Assembly: GCF_026571515.1 (NCBI RefSeq)
Contig: NW_026861275.1
Coordinates: forward strand, 1 to 64,000
DNA: 64,000 nucleotides
Reading direction: 5' to 3'
Source: Ruditapes philippinarum
Lineage: Eukaryota
Positions 14,029-27,006 of this stretch are shown here, piece by piece. Each line of letters starts with the position of its first letter. The first letter of the stretch is position 1. The translations under genes were made by a program, and so were the position numbers. Under the pieces are notes generated by a model, which saw only the letters and a list, made by a program, of their open reading frames with translations, ran no database searches and was not told where the DNA came from.

Positions 14029-17000
14029 ATGGCGGACATGGAAGTTAGCGAGGGTAAATTTTATTTTCTTTGTTATTTCAATGACATTTGGATTAATTTG
14101 TTAAGACGAGGTGTATTTGATCACGGTAAAGTTATTTTAATTACAAATATTGGTGTGATTCATTGTTGAATTCTAGGCTTCATATTCATACTTCCCTTCA
14201 TCTACACATGAAGCCGGTTAGGAAGAGTTGTTGGATATGTTCATTTATTGATCAGATCCGCGAGCCCTGACGGTACATACCTTTACGAAGAATTTTATTA
14301 TTTGGCTTCTGACTCTCCATATATAATTATGTCGCAGTTCACTCTAACGATATGGGAAAGGTGCTGCTAAGAGGTTCTGGGCCTTGAGCGTTGCTATAAA
14401 ATACAGAAATACGCACTCAGAAAATATTTATTATCAATGAATTTGAAGTCTGGCTCGCGCCATGAAAATCTTCAGTAGGAGTGCGCATGCATGAAGGTAC
14501 TTAGTGCAGAAATAGAATATTTAGAATTGAGGCCCGTACCAGTGGTTAGTACATACTTGTTAATAAATGAATGAATGAAGAAATGAATGAATGAGTAAAT
14601 GAATAAAAGGATGAATGAATGGGATATAGGAAAATGACACAAATATAGGACTTCACAAGATATATACAGTATCAAATACGACATACATGACATGGACATG
14701 TAAATAACATAATCTACGGTGACAAACAACATAGAACATTAACACATCAATATGACCCTGCGACAATTATAAATTCAATAAGTATCAAAAGTATATAAAT
14801 TCTTTTTTTGCTGATTGTCTATGATTAATTTGATTTTATCTGACTCCGACTCCAAGTCTAGAATCATCCTACACATATACAGTAATATGAAATTAGGCAA
14901 AGCCTATGAACGGGGAAGTCGTTAAAAAATTCCTTTCATTCTTTCCGTTTTAAAATTGTCATTCGGTATTACATGCACCGCTTCCGTTTTCACTCGGAAC
15001 ACTCGACGTTTATTATTTATCCGAAAAGTTGAGATTTGTTCCGTTATCGGAATACCCCGCCTTTTATCATTGAGTTACATTGTAAATGGCGGCGCTCGAC
15101 TAGAACTGACACTGAAAATTTCCTTGATAGGTATAGAATTCTAAATATTTTTTAATTGTTTTTTATTTATTTCTTTTAAATATACACGTGTAGTCTATAG
15201 CCGGGCAAGCCAAAGCCCGGACCCGCTTCGCGGGCCCGGTCTTTGACTTCCCCGTAATATTTTACAGATTGAGATTAAGATAGGAATTAAATGTTTTCTG
15301 TCAATTAACTTATGTGAAACTCTAAGTCTAACCAATGCCATCTCAACTTTTTGTGTTTACTCAATATTTTATCACTAAGACACTAACATCCATAAAGTTA
15401 CCATCTTTATAAGGCATGTTAACCAGTAATTCTGATTTATTTAATGTTCCTGTTTTAATATTGATGTTGACAAATTTACTATTGCTCACATTGTATGATT
15501 TAATGTGATAATAAATGTTGATTTTGTCTTTCAGGAAGCGAAGCGGGTAGTCCTAGAAGCCATCAATCTGGAAGTCCAATGAGGGAAGGGTCAGTATCTC
15601 CTGCCCATAGTGGTGCATCCGGCAGTCCAATGCATGAAGGATCAGTATCTCCTACACACAGTAAAGGTTCCAGAAGTCCTGACAGAGAGGGTTCAGTTTC
15701 CCCAGCTCATAGTGCTGCTTCAGGAGGTCCTGACAGAGAGGGTTCAGCGTCCCCTGGTCAGAGGTCAGGGAGCCCTCACAGAGAAGGATCTGCCTCACCA
15801 GCTCATAGTGCAAGGTCACATTCTCCGGACAAAAGTAGGTCAGCCTCGCCTAGGAGTGTCCACAGTGGTGGGGATGGCAGTCCTTCACACAGTAGAGAAG
15901 GATCAGCAAGTCCTGCAGGAAGTCATAGGTCTGGAGGATCTGCTAGAAGTCGATCTGGTAGCCCTGCTCACAGTCATAAATCTGCACGTAGTAGATCAGG
16001 AAGTCCTGCACATAGTGAAAGGTCTGCTCGTAGTAGATCTGGAAGCCCTGCACATAGTGAAAGGTCTGCCCGTAGTAGATCTGGAAGCCCTGCACATAGT
16101 GAAAGGTCTGCTCGTAGTAGATCTGGTAGCCCTGCACATAGTGAAAGGTCTGCTCGTAGCAGATCAGGGAGTCCTGCACACAGTGAAAGGTCTGCTCGTA
16201 GTAGATCTGGTAGCCCTGCACACAGTGAACGGTCTGGTAGTCCTGCACATAGTCATAGGTCTGCTCGCAGCAGATCTGGTAGCCCAGCACAAAGCAGAGA
16301 AGGTTCAGCTAGCCCAGCTGGTAGTCGTAGATCAAGAAGCCATTCAGGTAGCCCTGCTCGTAGTAGATCAGGAAGTCCAGCATCCAAAAGGTCAAGGTCA
16401 GGTTCGAGGAGTCCAGCAGGAAGCCACAGGAGCAGGTACCTTTGTTAGATCCCATTTTAGCCAAAAATATAGTTTATAAAACCATCTGATTGTTTATTTA
16501 ATATCCCCCTTTTATGCTTTAAATAATGTATAAAAGTATCACTGGTTAACTCTATGACATGAGGATGCAATTCTGTGATAATACTTGTTTTTATTTTATA
16601 GATCTGGGAGTCCATCAGAACATGGCAGTCAGAAGAAAGGTAGGTTATATTGTTGTCTGTAATGATATTCTATTTTTCAGAACATTTTGTAAACAGTTTA
16701 GATTTCAATTCATAATTTTTTTTCCACAATGATTGCTAAGCTACATCTATGTCCTACCTTATAAACTAGAAATCTTTTAATTAAAGTTCAATTTGTTTTT
16801 AGCTTCAATTTGCATGAGCACATATTACTCAACAGTGAGCTTAGACAAATGGCATAATTCTAAAAGCAGTATTTTTGGAGTTACGTCCCTTTTACTGTAG
16901 AATTTTTAACAGGCGATCATTATCACCGCATGCTCTTGTGTTTAATCTGGTATACAGTTGTAACTGAATATTTCAGATGGGCATGCTTCTGATTCAGATG

Positions 17001-20000
17001 ATTCTATAATAGGTCGTAAGAAAGTACCGTCAGAAGATGATGGGCTGTCTGACATCGAGGGTGGGGAACAAGTGCAAGGTATAACTCTATAATATAATAA
17101 TTCTGTTCTCTCTAATATTCTTTTCTCTTATATCTGTAAAATAATGATTGTAATTGTTAGACTTAAATGATAACACCTGTAACATTACTTGATATTTTGC
17201 ATGTAGCTTTCTTGGTGGAACTCTTCAGAAATTATATAAATTATGAACCTGAGTTAGAAATTGGCCACACCCACAGAACCGGAGTTAGAAATTGGCCACA
17301 CCAACAGGATTACTTGCTAAATATTGGAAAACATACCTTATCTCTTTGTTGGAAACTACAATTTCTAGAACTTAGATAATTTGCTTGTAGCATTGCCTAG
17401 TAGACCTCTACAGTTATATGAGTTATAAATGCTCCCACCCAGAAGGTCATTTAGTATAATTTTAGATAAAACATGTTTCTGACAAGTTTCATAAATAGGT
17501 TTCTTCTTGAATTGAGAGATTAATACTCAGTCAAATTTTCGTTTAGGCATATATTCTGGACTTTGTGGTGCTCTTGTAAATTGTTACATTGCTCTCAAAA
17601 TTCTTCTGGATTTTAGTGCAATGTTTGAAGAAAAATTTAAATGTACAAGTATAGTGTTTTGTTTTCAGCCACTGTGGATGATCTGTTTGGTGATGCTGAT
17701 GATATAAGTTCTGATGAAGAGGCTAAGAAAGATTTAGATAAAAAAGATGATGATAGAGGAGATGATGATGATGAAGGTAGAACTCAGGTAATAGAAACAG
17801 ACTATACATGTAAAAACCTGTACACAGACTAGAAGACAGTTTTACATTAACATGTTGTATCTTAAAGGAACTCCACTGAGGTCCAAAGGCCTAAAAACAA
17901 AAAAATCTGAATTTCTTAAATAAATTAGCTTTGGCACTTAAAACAGGAAAATATGCAAAACATTATTACCAAATATACTCAGACATAAATTGAAAATCAT
18001 ATTTGGTGCTATTCCTAGCTTGATTGGAGTGATAAGCATTGCAACATTTTCCAATTCTGGCTTGTTTTTCACAATTAAAATCATTATTTAGGGAAAATGG
18101 AAACAGCGAATGATCAGAAATTTTGTACACAAGTTATTGGTGTAACCTACATCGCATAGAACATTTATCTCGAAAAATTATTTCCCGAGTCCTGTCATGT
18201 CATAAAACATCAGTTGGAGTCCCTTTAAATTTAGACTAATTTAAATCTAAATACTTGGTTAACTTCATGCTTTTACTTGTTTTGTAAATTTTGCTTATAT
18301 TGTTATGAATCTTGGCAGAAAAATACATTGTGTGGCTACAAATAAATTAGCCATATTCAACGAAGATCTCTCTACAGTGAAACAATGTCCAGAAAACTTT
18401 GCTTTTTAAAATCTGGATTTAACTTTTCAATTTAATGCTGATAACTACTAAGTATGACTCACATTGATATATCAGTTATATTCATCAGTTTATTGGAAGT
18501 AATTGTTTTGAGCGCGTGGTTTTCTTAGATGAAAAAACAACAACAACAAAACAACAATGTTATGATGAACCTATGTCTGGTTCTGAATGTTTTATTAATA
18601 TTCAGTTTTTGTTTATGGATAAAAGCAATTAAATAAATTAATGGCCATTAAAAATACAGTATATGATATTGTATATTATGATTTTACCGGCATTTAATAG
18701 TGTACCATTTGCCATGATGCAGCTCAATTGTTTTGTTATTCATAGAAACCAATGATAGAAGGTTCGGATTTGTTATTTATAGAAACCAATGATAGAAGGT
18801 TCGGATTTGTTATTTATAGAAACCAATGATAGAAGGTTCGGATTTGTTATTTATAGAAACCAATGATAGAAGGTTTGGGTTTGTTATTTATAGAAACCAA
18901 TGATAGAAGGTTCGGATTTGTTATTTATAGAAACCAATGATAGAAGGTTCGGATTTGTTATTTATAGAAACCAATGATAGAAGGTTCGGATTTGTTATTT
19001 ATAGAAACCAATGATAGAAGGTTCAGATTTTTGTATTTATAGAAACCAATGATAGAAGGTTTGGATTTGTTATTTATAGAAACCAATGATAGAAGGTTCG
19101 GATTAGTTATTTATAGAAAACAATGATAGAAGGTTCGGATTTGTTATTTATAGAAACCAATGATAGAAGGTTCGGATGAAGAAAACCAGGAACCAGAAGA
19201 GGCTCCGGAAACGAGAATTGAAGTTGAAATCCCGAGAATCAAAACCAACCTCGGCAAAGCTGTACATTATGTTAAATTGCCCAACTTTCTCAGTGTGGAA
19301 ACAAGGTCAGTGTATCATGATGCTTGAGGTGCTAGTGAAATAATGAATATTTGATTACTTTGTTTGTTCTTTAAGTGTACATGTATATCTAAAAATTACT
19401 GTAATAAGATGCTTACTACTAAATTGTAATTTTTGTAATTTTATTGTCTTAGCAAACAGAAACTTAGGTTGACCTGAACATTGGAAGTTTGAACCCTGGA
19501 CAGCAGCTTATGTTTTTCTGTGACCATTTTGCTTAACAATAATATTTAGAAAAACTGTTTACCCACTGTTACAATATTGTATCCATGGTAATCTTGGTTG
19601 GTTTTAACTCTGGAAGTTACTCATAAATAAAAAAGCAAGGGACAACACATTTGTAACACGTAGGTTCTGCCTGCCAGAATATGACAAACATAATTAAAGT
19701 AGTATTTTGGTACTTTACCTTTGCAATCCTAAATATCTTAAATGGACTTGAACATCTTTCATTCTGGACAATACCATTAATCACTTTTAGGGAAAATTTT
19801 AAAATATATACTGACTGAATAGCGAGCAGTGCAAGCCATGATGTGACAGCACAAGTACAGATTTGGTGGCACATTCAAGATAATTACTGACTGAATACCA
19901 AACAGTGCAGACCATGAGCAGACGGCACAAATGTACAATCTGATCTTGGTCTGCACTGGTGTCATAGGTAGAATCTGTTGTTGCTAGCTGGCTAAGGGTT

Positions 20001-23000
20001 TTCAGGAACAAGCAAAAAACTAATAATAACTGTTATAAGATGTTTATATTTCTGGTAATTTCAGACCATTTGATTCTCAGACATATGAAGATGAGATAGA
20101 TGAAGATGAAGTGTTAGATGAAGAAGGTAGAACAAGAATGAAGCTAAAAGTATGTCTTAGACTTTACTGCTTTTGTTTAATATTTCATTAATATCGAATA
20201 ATCGGACGTAGATATATAGCAATGAAACTATCAGACATGTTCCCTGTAAACTTATATACACTTTGATGCTGTGTTTAAAGTGACATTATGCTCATATTTT
20301 CATAGTCAAGTTGAGCTGAGTTGACTTTATATTTCAAAAGATTGACTGTTAAAATGGTGTTTGACCAACAGGTGATATTGGAAAACTATCAGGATAAAAT
20401 TATAAATCTGCATAAAATATAAAAAGACTGCCCCACTCTTTTTATAAACTGAGTGTTAGAGGTAAATTCTAATAGATATTTACAGAAATTTTATTTGGAT
20501 CTGTGAATTGTTTATTGTTTATGGGAAGCAAATTATTAAATTAAAAGGAATTATGGCAAATTGAAAACTTATTTTGATATTCACCTGTTCACTCACTATA
20601 TATTCTTGGATGGGCATAATGTCACTTTAAGTAATGAAAATGTGAAATATTCGAAGGAGGCAATAACAATGGCAAGTGCATTGCTGTGAAATAAAGCATG
20701 GAGTCTGACTGTTTTTGTTTATATAGAAAAACTCCAATAGTGTTAGAATATGCAATATGTTTATTATTCTTCAGGTTGAAAACACAATAAGATGGCGGAC
20801 ATTGAAAGACGAGGAAGGAAATGATTTAAAAGATGAGGAAGGTAAACCAATGAGAGAAAGTAATGCCAGGGTTGTCAGATGGTCAGACGGAAGGTAAATG
20901 GACTGTCATAATATTTTAAATGTTTATTTGGAGGCTGTTTTTGCTCCTTAAATATTTTAGCAATTTTTATTTGGTGATATGTAAAGTTAGAATTTTGTTT
21001 TATTTATGAAAGATAAAGCCATCTAAAAAATTGAGGTTATGCATAGTATTGTTGTACTCAATATGGGTTGCATTGGTCTGTTGTTTTAGCTATGTATGTT
21101 AAGTATTAGTTATAAAGATTTTTGACAGGTTATATGGCCCAATGTAAACAGTTATGATCTTATTAAGCAAACAATCATTTATAAAAGGTCATACAAGCGA
21201 GTAAAAAATCTTTAGATAAATTTATGAAACAACAAAATTCCTTTATTTGTGGAAACAGAATTTCAAAGCAGCTGTCAATATAGATTATATTAACATCACA
21301 ATTATTCAATGAAAATTGATGTAACAAATACGTAGTATAATAAGCAGTTATAAATAACCTTGTTTTATAATTTCAGTATGTCACTACATCTAGGGGAGGA
21401 AATATTTGACATACACACTATGCCAATTCAAGGAGATTTTAACCATTTATTTGTACGACAAGGAACTGGTTTACAGGGACAGTCTATATTCAAAACTAAA
21501 CTTACATTTAGGTAAGTGTCATTTCTTATGATTCAAATGATTAAAAAACCCATTCTTTTTGTAATCCTGGCACAAATGTTTTTATGCCCCAACTTAATGG
21601 GTCGGAACATATGATATAGATTTCCACTGTCTTGTTTGTCTGTCAAGCTGACTGTAGACTGACTTTACAGTGAAATATGAAGGATATCTCACATTCTTAG
21701 TTTTGTAATAGACTTCTTCCTGTTTTGATTAAGAAAGTGTCCATTAATGATAGATTAAGGGATTTAAATAGCAAAATATTGAAAATAAAAAGTCACAAGT
21801 ATGTCAAGCAGGGTCACACTGCTTTGCCAGGTTTTGTATTTAAGATAAATGGCGAAGTGATTTAATATGAGGCGTCTATTAACGTAAACGTCTGTTTTGT
21901 ACGTTTACGTCATTTCCTTTATGTATCAACTGACGAAGCTAATAAAGCAAAACATGTATTATATCTAAACATGTATTGATATCTAAATTTGTGTTGGTTT
22001 TAATCTATTTGTCCTAAGTGATTTAATACAAATTCTCCTATAGACAGAAGTAAACTAAGTTTTGTTTGATATATATTTTCAGACCACATTCCACAGAATC
22101 ATTTACACATAGAAAGATGACCCTGTCATTAGCTGATAGATCTACAAAGAAACAGAAAGTTAAAATTCTACCAATATCAGGACATGATCCTGAATCACAA
22201 AGATCGGAAATGATCAAAGTAAGTATATTGTCTATTTGTTGATGTAAATGAAGACGGTATGAGCAATGGTAAAGAATATCTAACATGTGAGTCAATGAAT
22301 GAAGGTGTTAAATATACTTTACCATTTCTCTCATCACCTTTATCTATTGTCATGTACGAAATGCTGAACCAAAAACAAAGTACATGTGCAAGTGTAGCTT
22401 TTAAGGCACTTTTGGAGTGTACTGAAATAATGCATGGAAAGTCACCTGAGGTCTTATTTGAAAGTCGCCAAATGACCTCTATAGTGTTGGTCCAACATAA
22501 AACCCAACCAAAAAAAGAAAGTTTTGAGTTTCTTAATATCAAAATTGCATTATATTATAGTATAATCTCAGTAAGTAACTTTAACAACCTTGAAGCATTT
22601 CCAAAGCTATGTTAAAATTGTTCATTACATTACATATGTAAAATAATTTTGTTGAATGTAATTGTATCATATGAAGGCAGTAGGCAGAAATGTCGGGACT
22701 ACACAAAAAGTATAAATGAGCCGCGTCATGACAAAACCAACATAGTGTGTTTGCGACCAGCATGGATTCAGACCAGTCTGCGCATCCATGCAGTCTGATC
22801 AGGATCCATGCTGTTCGCTATCAATTTCTCTACTTGTTATAGGGTTTGTAAGCGAACAGCATGGATCCTGATCAGACTGCGCGGAGGCGCAGGCTGGTCT
22901 GGATCCATGCTGGTCGCAAACCCATTATGTTGATTTTGTCATGGCGCGGCTCAAATTATTTCTGAATTTCCTTATCATGTATAGAAAGAGGAAGAAAGAT

Positions 23001-26000
23001 TACGGGCATCAACGAGGTTAGAGAGTCAGAAACGTCGTGTACGTGAGCGGTCACATGCGAAGGGTCTCAGTCACAGTTATCTCGAGGGTTACGAGGATGA
23101 GGAGGAGGAAGGAGGAATTTCATTATCAGCCATTAAAAATAAATATAAACGTGGAGATAAAAGAGGTAATTTCATTATCAGCCATTAAAAATAAATATAA
23201 ACGTGGCGATAAAAGAGGTAATTTCATTATCAGCCATTAAAAATAAATATAAACGTGGCGATAAAAGAGGTAATTTCATTATCAGCCATTAAAAATAAAT
23301 ATAAACGTGGAGATAAAAGAGGTAATTTCATTATCAGCCATTAAAAACAAATATAAACGTGGAGATAAAAGAGGTAATTTCATTATCAGCCATTAAAAAT
23401 AAATATAAACGTGGCGATAAAAGAGGTAATTTCATTATCAGCCATTAAAAACAAATATAAACGTGGAGATAAAAGAGGTAATTTCATTATCAGCCATTAA
23501 AAATAAATATAAACATGGAGATAAAAGAGGTAATTTCATTATCAGCCATTAAAAATAAATATACACATGGCGATAAGAGGTAATTTTATTATCAGCCATT
23601 AAAAATAAATATAAACGTGGAGATATTAAAAATAAATATAAACGTGGAGATAAAAGAGGTAATTTCATTATCAGCCATTAAAAACAAATATAAACGTGGA
23701 GATAAAAGAGGTAATTTCATTATCAGCCATTAAAAACAAATATAAACGTGGAGATAAAAGAGGTAATTTCATTATCAGCCATTAAAAACAAATATAAACG
23801 TGGTGATAAAAGAGGTAAGTTCATTATCAGCCATTAAAAACAAATATAAACGTGGAGATAAAAGAGGTAATTTCATTATCAGCCATTAAAAACAAATATA
23901 AACGTGGAGATAAAAGAGGTAATTTCATTATCAGCCATTAAAAACAAATATAAACGTGGTGATAAAAGAGGTAAGTTCATTATCAGCCATTAAAAACAAA
24001 TATAAACGTGGTGATAAAAGAGGTAATTTCATTATCAGCCATTAAAAATAAATATAAACGTGGAGATAAAAGAGGTAATTTCATTATCAGCCATTAAAAA
24101 TAAATATACACATGGCGATAAGAGGTAATTTTATTATCAGCCATTAAAAATAAATATAAACGTGGCGATAAAAGAGGTAATTTTATTATCAGACATTAAA
24201 AATAAATATAAATGTGGAGATATTAAAAATAAATATAAACGTGGAGATAAAAGAGGTAATTTCATTATCAGCCATTAAAAACAAATATAAACATGGCGAT
24301 AAAAGAGGTAATTTCATTATCAGCCAAAAAAAATAAATATAAACGTGGCGATAAAAGAGGTAAGTTCATTATCAGCCATTAAAACTAATGTAAACAACCC
24401 CAAAGATTTTGCAATGTCCTCTTTTCTGCCATTTTGGGGGCAGGGGACAGGGAATGTGCCTTGATGAGTTTCTGCCACACCGATTTTCAAAGATATAAGG
24501 TCTCTGAGACCCGTTATTGAACTTAAAATGTAACTGTATATATATGTTATATTTTAGATCGTCCTCATATATATTCATCAGACAGTGATGAAGGAGGTTA
24601 TGATTCAGAACAAGAAGATACTGGTGCCAAACGATTAATGAAAGCTAAAAAAGTCATCAGCGATGATGAGGTAAATATTTTACTACGTGTATATGTCTAT
24701 AAATTTCACATGTTTATAACTGATTCCCCTTCTTGTAATTGCAGAACAGAACAGTATATGATTATGTTTGCTGTAAGATCTTCAGGCAATGCAAATATTT
24801 TGTACTGTTATACATCATTTAGAATGAGCGATATTTTAGAGTTGATCAGAACGCTGTTGTAAATTGTTCTAAGGATATATCATTCCATCGTTTTGTTTTT
24901 ATACTCCCACTTTGATAGTCTGTCATTTGCAGAGAAATAAGTTATTACTGTTTACACTGGTTTAGTTAGCCAGGAATGCTGGTTAGGTAGAATGAGCGCC
25001 AAATTATGACAAAAAAGTTTTTTTAAGATCAGCTTAAAATACAGATAAACATTCAAGATAAACCCACCTTTATGTTAGTGGGCTGCAAGCCAGTGTTTTT
25101 TGCTTGTTTGTTTGTTTGTCTGTCTGTCTGAGGGAGAAAAAAAAGACTAACCTTGACTGCTAGTATAGAGCCAGGCCAGCCTGGACTTTTATGCTGTCTC
25201 ATCAAGCTCTATACTGGTGACTGACTTAGATTTTAATTTTCATCTTGATATCCCCTAAATTAATAAAACATTTGTAAATGGAAGTCTGTGTAAGAAATGT
25301 AGCAGATTGTGGGTTAAATTACGTTGTTAAAATTTGAAAATCATTACATATTATCAATCAAAAAAATTGTATTTATAAAATAATTATTATTATGGAATAA
25401 GTTGTTATTATTATGGAATAAGTTGTTATTATTTAATTTTACCTATGAAGTATGGTAGTATATCAGTCAAATATATTTCATATTAGTAAAAAATAAATAT
25501 GAAATATAAATATGAAAGTGGCGGAGTCAAAACTCATATTTATTTAAAGGACTTCTTGGACCATTTTTTTAAAAAAATCTGATAAATAAAAAACAACTTT
25601 TTGTTGAATTCTGTTTTGAAAACTAGAATGATAGAAAATGTTCTAATGTCTAACTAAGAACATAACTCCGAACACCAATATCTTTAATTCAGTTATTAAC
25701 GCTGTACAGACGTTTAAAGAGTTGTTTACGTGACGTCACAATGTAGCGTCAAATATAATGTGCAAAACAAGACGCAATATTATATTACTGCTCGCTGTAC
25801 AATTGCAGTTGCGTAGCATGCAATTGAGTCTGTCATCATTTTTCTCTGATAATGAAATTAAATAAAAAAGTTATTTTTTCGATTTACGTGAAATATGGTA
25901 TATATTTAAGAAATAATATATCCCAAACTGTGATTTTATCGCTCAATAACATCACTGTTTGGAGTTCGGATGCGAGGAATTATATCACGAGGGCGTAGCC

Positions 26001-26610
26001 CGAGTGATATAATGATGCGCATCCGAACGACAAACAGTGATGTTATCCAGCGATAAAATCACCGATTTGGATATATTATTTCGATTCTAACACAACATAA
26101 ACAAAAAAATGCTGCCGTACCAGCTATTAAGCAAAATTGCGCCTGATTTGTTTCCGTACTTATTGTCAGCGCGTCGGATTTTATAGTGGTTACGTCACAT
26201 GTATAATGATTACGTCACATGTCTAAACATAGAGCGTCAAACAGTGACTCTATTGCATAATAACACACACTTTCGGTTCTTCTATGTTCAATAGGGAAAA
26301 TGCGGGTCGTGTTAGAATTTCACTCAACATGATAAAATGCCACATATTATATTATAAATATATTCCATATTTCACTCAAACGAAAAATATCCTCTTATTA
26401 TTATTATGGAATAAGTTGTTATTATTATGGAATAACTTGAAATTTCAGGATTCTGAAACTGAGACGTTACCTAAGAAGAAGAAAGCTCGGGTTGTTGAAA
26501 GTAGTGATGAAGAGGAGGGCGGGGCCAAGGGTAGTGAAGATGAGGCGGGTGGAGCTATGGACACAGGGGGTAATGCCAGTGGTGGAGGGGGTGGTAGTGA
26601 CTCAGACTGA
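14029..26610 (+). CDS. LEO1: RNA polymerase-associated protein LEO1 (PAF1 complex), 13 coding exons
   Basis: Exons, all GT-AG with consistent phases: 14029-14053, 15535-16435, 16602-16639, 16977-17078, 17669-17787, 19154-19305, 20065-20149, 20775-20893, 21377-21511, 22083-22218, 22985-23165, 24558-24670, 26449-26610. Leo1 motifs: [132 protein letters not shown]. Confidence 0.96.
15945..16290 (+). repeat. Coding 42-bp (14-aa) tandem repeat [14 protein letters not shown] in LEO1 exon 2
   Basis: CATAGTGAAAGG recurs at 16011, 16053 and onward (period 42); about 7-8 units within a wider RS/SP-rich exon. Confidence 0.9.
17866..18224. mobile_element. Kolobok-like non-autonomous element (AGG..CCT, TTAA TSD)
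   Basis: TTAA|AGGAACTCCA…TGGAGTCCCT|TTAA; homologous copies at 40777-41123 and 50289-50599. Confidence 0.75.
18731..19177 (+). repeat. 37-bp tandem array (12 units) containing the LEO1 exon 6 splice acceptor
   Basis: Unit TTTGTTATTTATAG|AAACCAATGATAGAAGGTTCGGA; acceptor AGs end at 18745, 18782 … 19116, 19153. Confidence 0.95.
20279..20626. mobile_element. TTAA-flanked MITE (Kolobok-like)
   Basis: TTAA|AGTGACATTATGC.CA…TGGGCATAATGTCACT|TTAA. Confidence 0.7.
22718..22952. mobile_element. Palindromic MITE, Sola-like (GAG..CTC, 4-bp TSD)
   Basis: AAAT|GAGCCGCGTCATGACAAAACCAACAT…ATGTTGATTTTGTCATGGCGCGGCTC|AAAT; almost fully self-complementary; copies at 39849 and 55239. Confidence 0.8.
23117..24384 (+). 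repeat. 52-bp tandem array (~24 units) containing the LEO1 exon 11 3' end and splice donor
   Basis: Unit GTAATTTCATTATCAGCCATTAAAAA(T/C)AAATATAAACGTGG(A/C/T)GATAAAAGAG; 23 AG|GTAA sites counted from 23166 to 24360. Confidence 0.95.
25908..26318. mobile_element. Long palindromic non-autonomous element (possibly Crypton-like)
   Basis: Imperfect stem of ~80 bp centred on CACGAGGGCGTAGCCCGAGTG (~25990-26005), plus a second inverted pair ATTCTAACAC/GTGTTAGAAT. Confidence 0.5.
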
Positions 26611-26901
26611 AAATGATAAAAAGTGTTCTGAAGTATGGAAGTGTATAATAGTGACAAGTGCTTGTCTTGTGTAGCAGTAACACAAGGGGTTTAAGAGTGG
26701 TGGGATAAGATGCAGTTTTTGGTTACGTTGTCATATGCTGAAGAATTTACTGTATAATTTAGCAACATCATATAGCTGCCTGCAGGATTACAAAACTACA
26801 CACTACAACAGTCACTTTTTATAACTGTAATGTTTTTGTTTGTTTTAGTGAAAAAATTCATGATGACAAATGAAGTTGATTGATTTGTCATGTTTTGATG
26901 T

Positions 26902-26907
26902 AATAAA
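26902..26907 (+). terminator. Probable LEO1 polyadenylation signal
   Basis: AATAAA ~290 nt after the TGA stop, followed by U/GU-rich sequence. Confidence 0.55.
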
Positions 26908-27006
26908 AAAGTAGATATAACAAAAACATAATCGTATCATCTATGTCTGTAGTTCAATGTTTTGAGAATTTTTTCTTCATTTCATTGTTATCTAGCTACT
27001 GGAAAA

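Noticed and set aside
15610-16479. 289-aa alternative-frame ORF (and antisense 15943-16290) over LEO1 exon 2
   Set aside because: Shadow of the 42-bp coding repeat; splice phases support only the RS/SP frame.
18731-24384. CRISPR-like appearance of the 37-bp and 52-bp arrays
   Set aside because: Head-to-tail repeats without unique spacers, no cas genes, eukaryotic introns.
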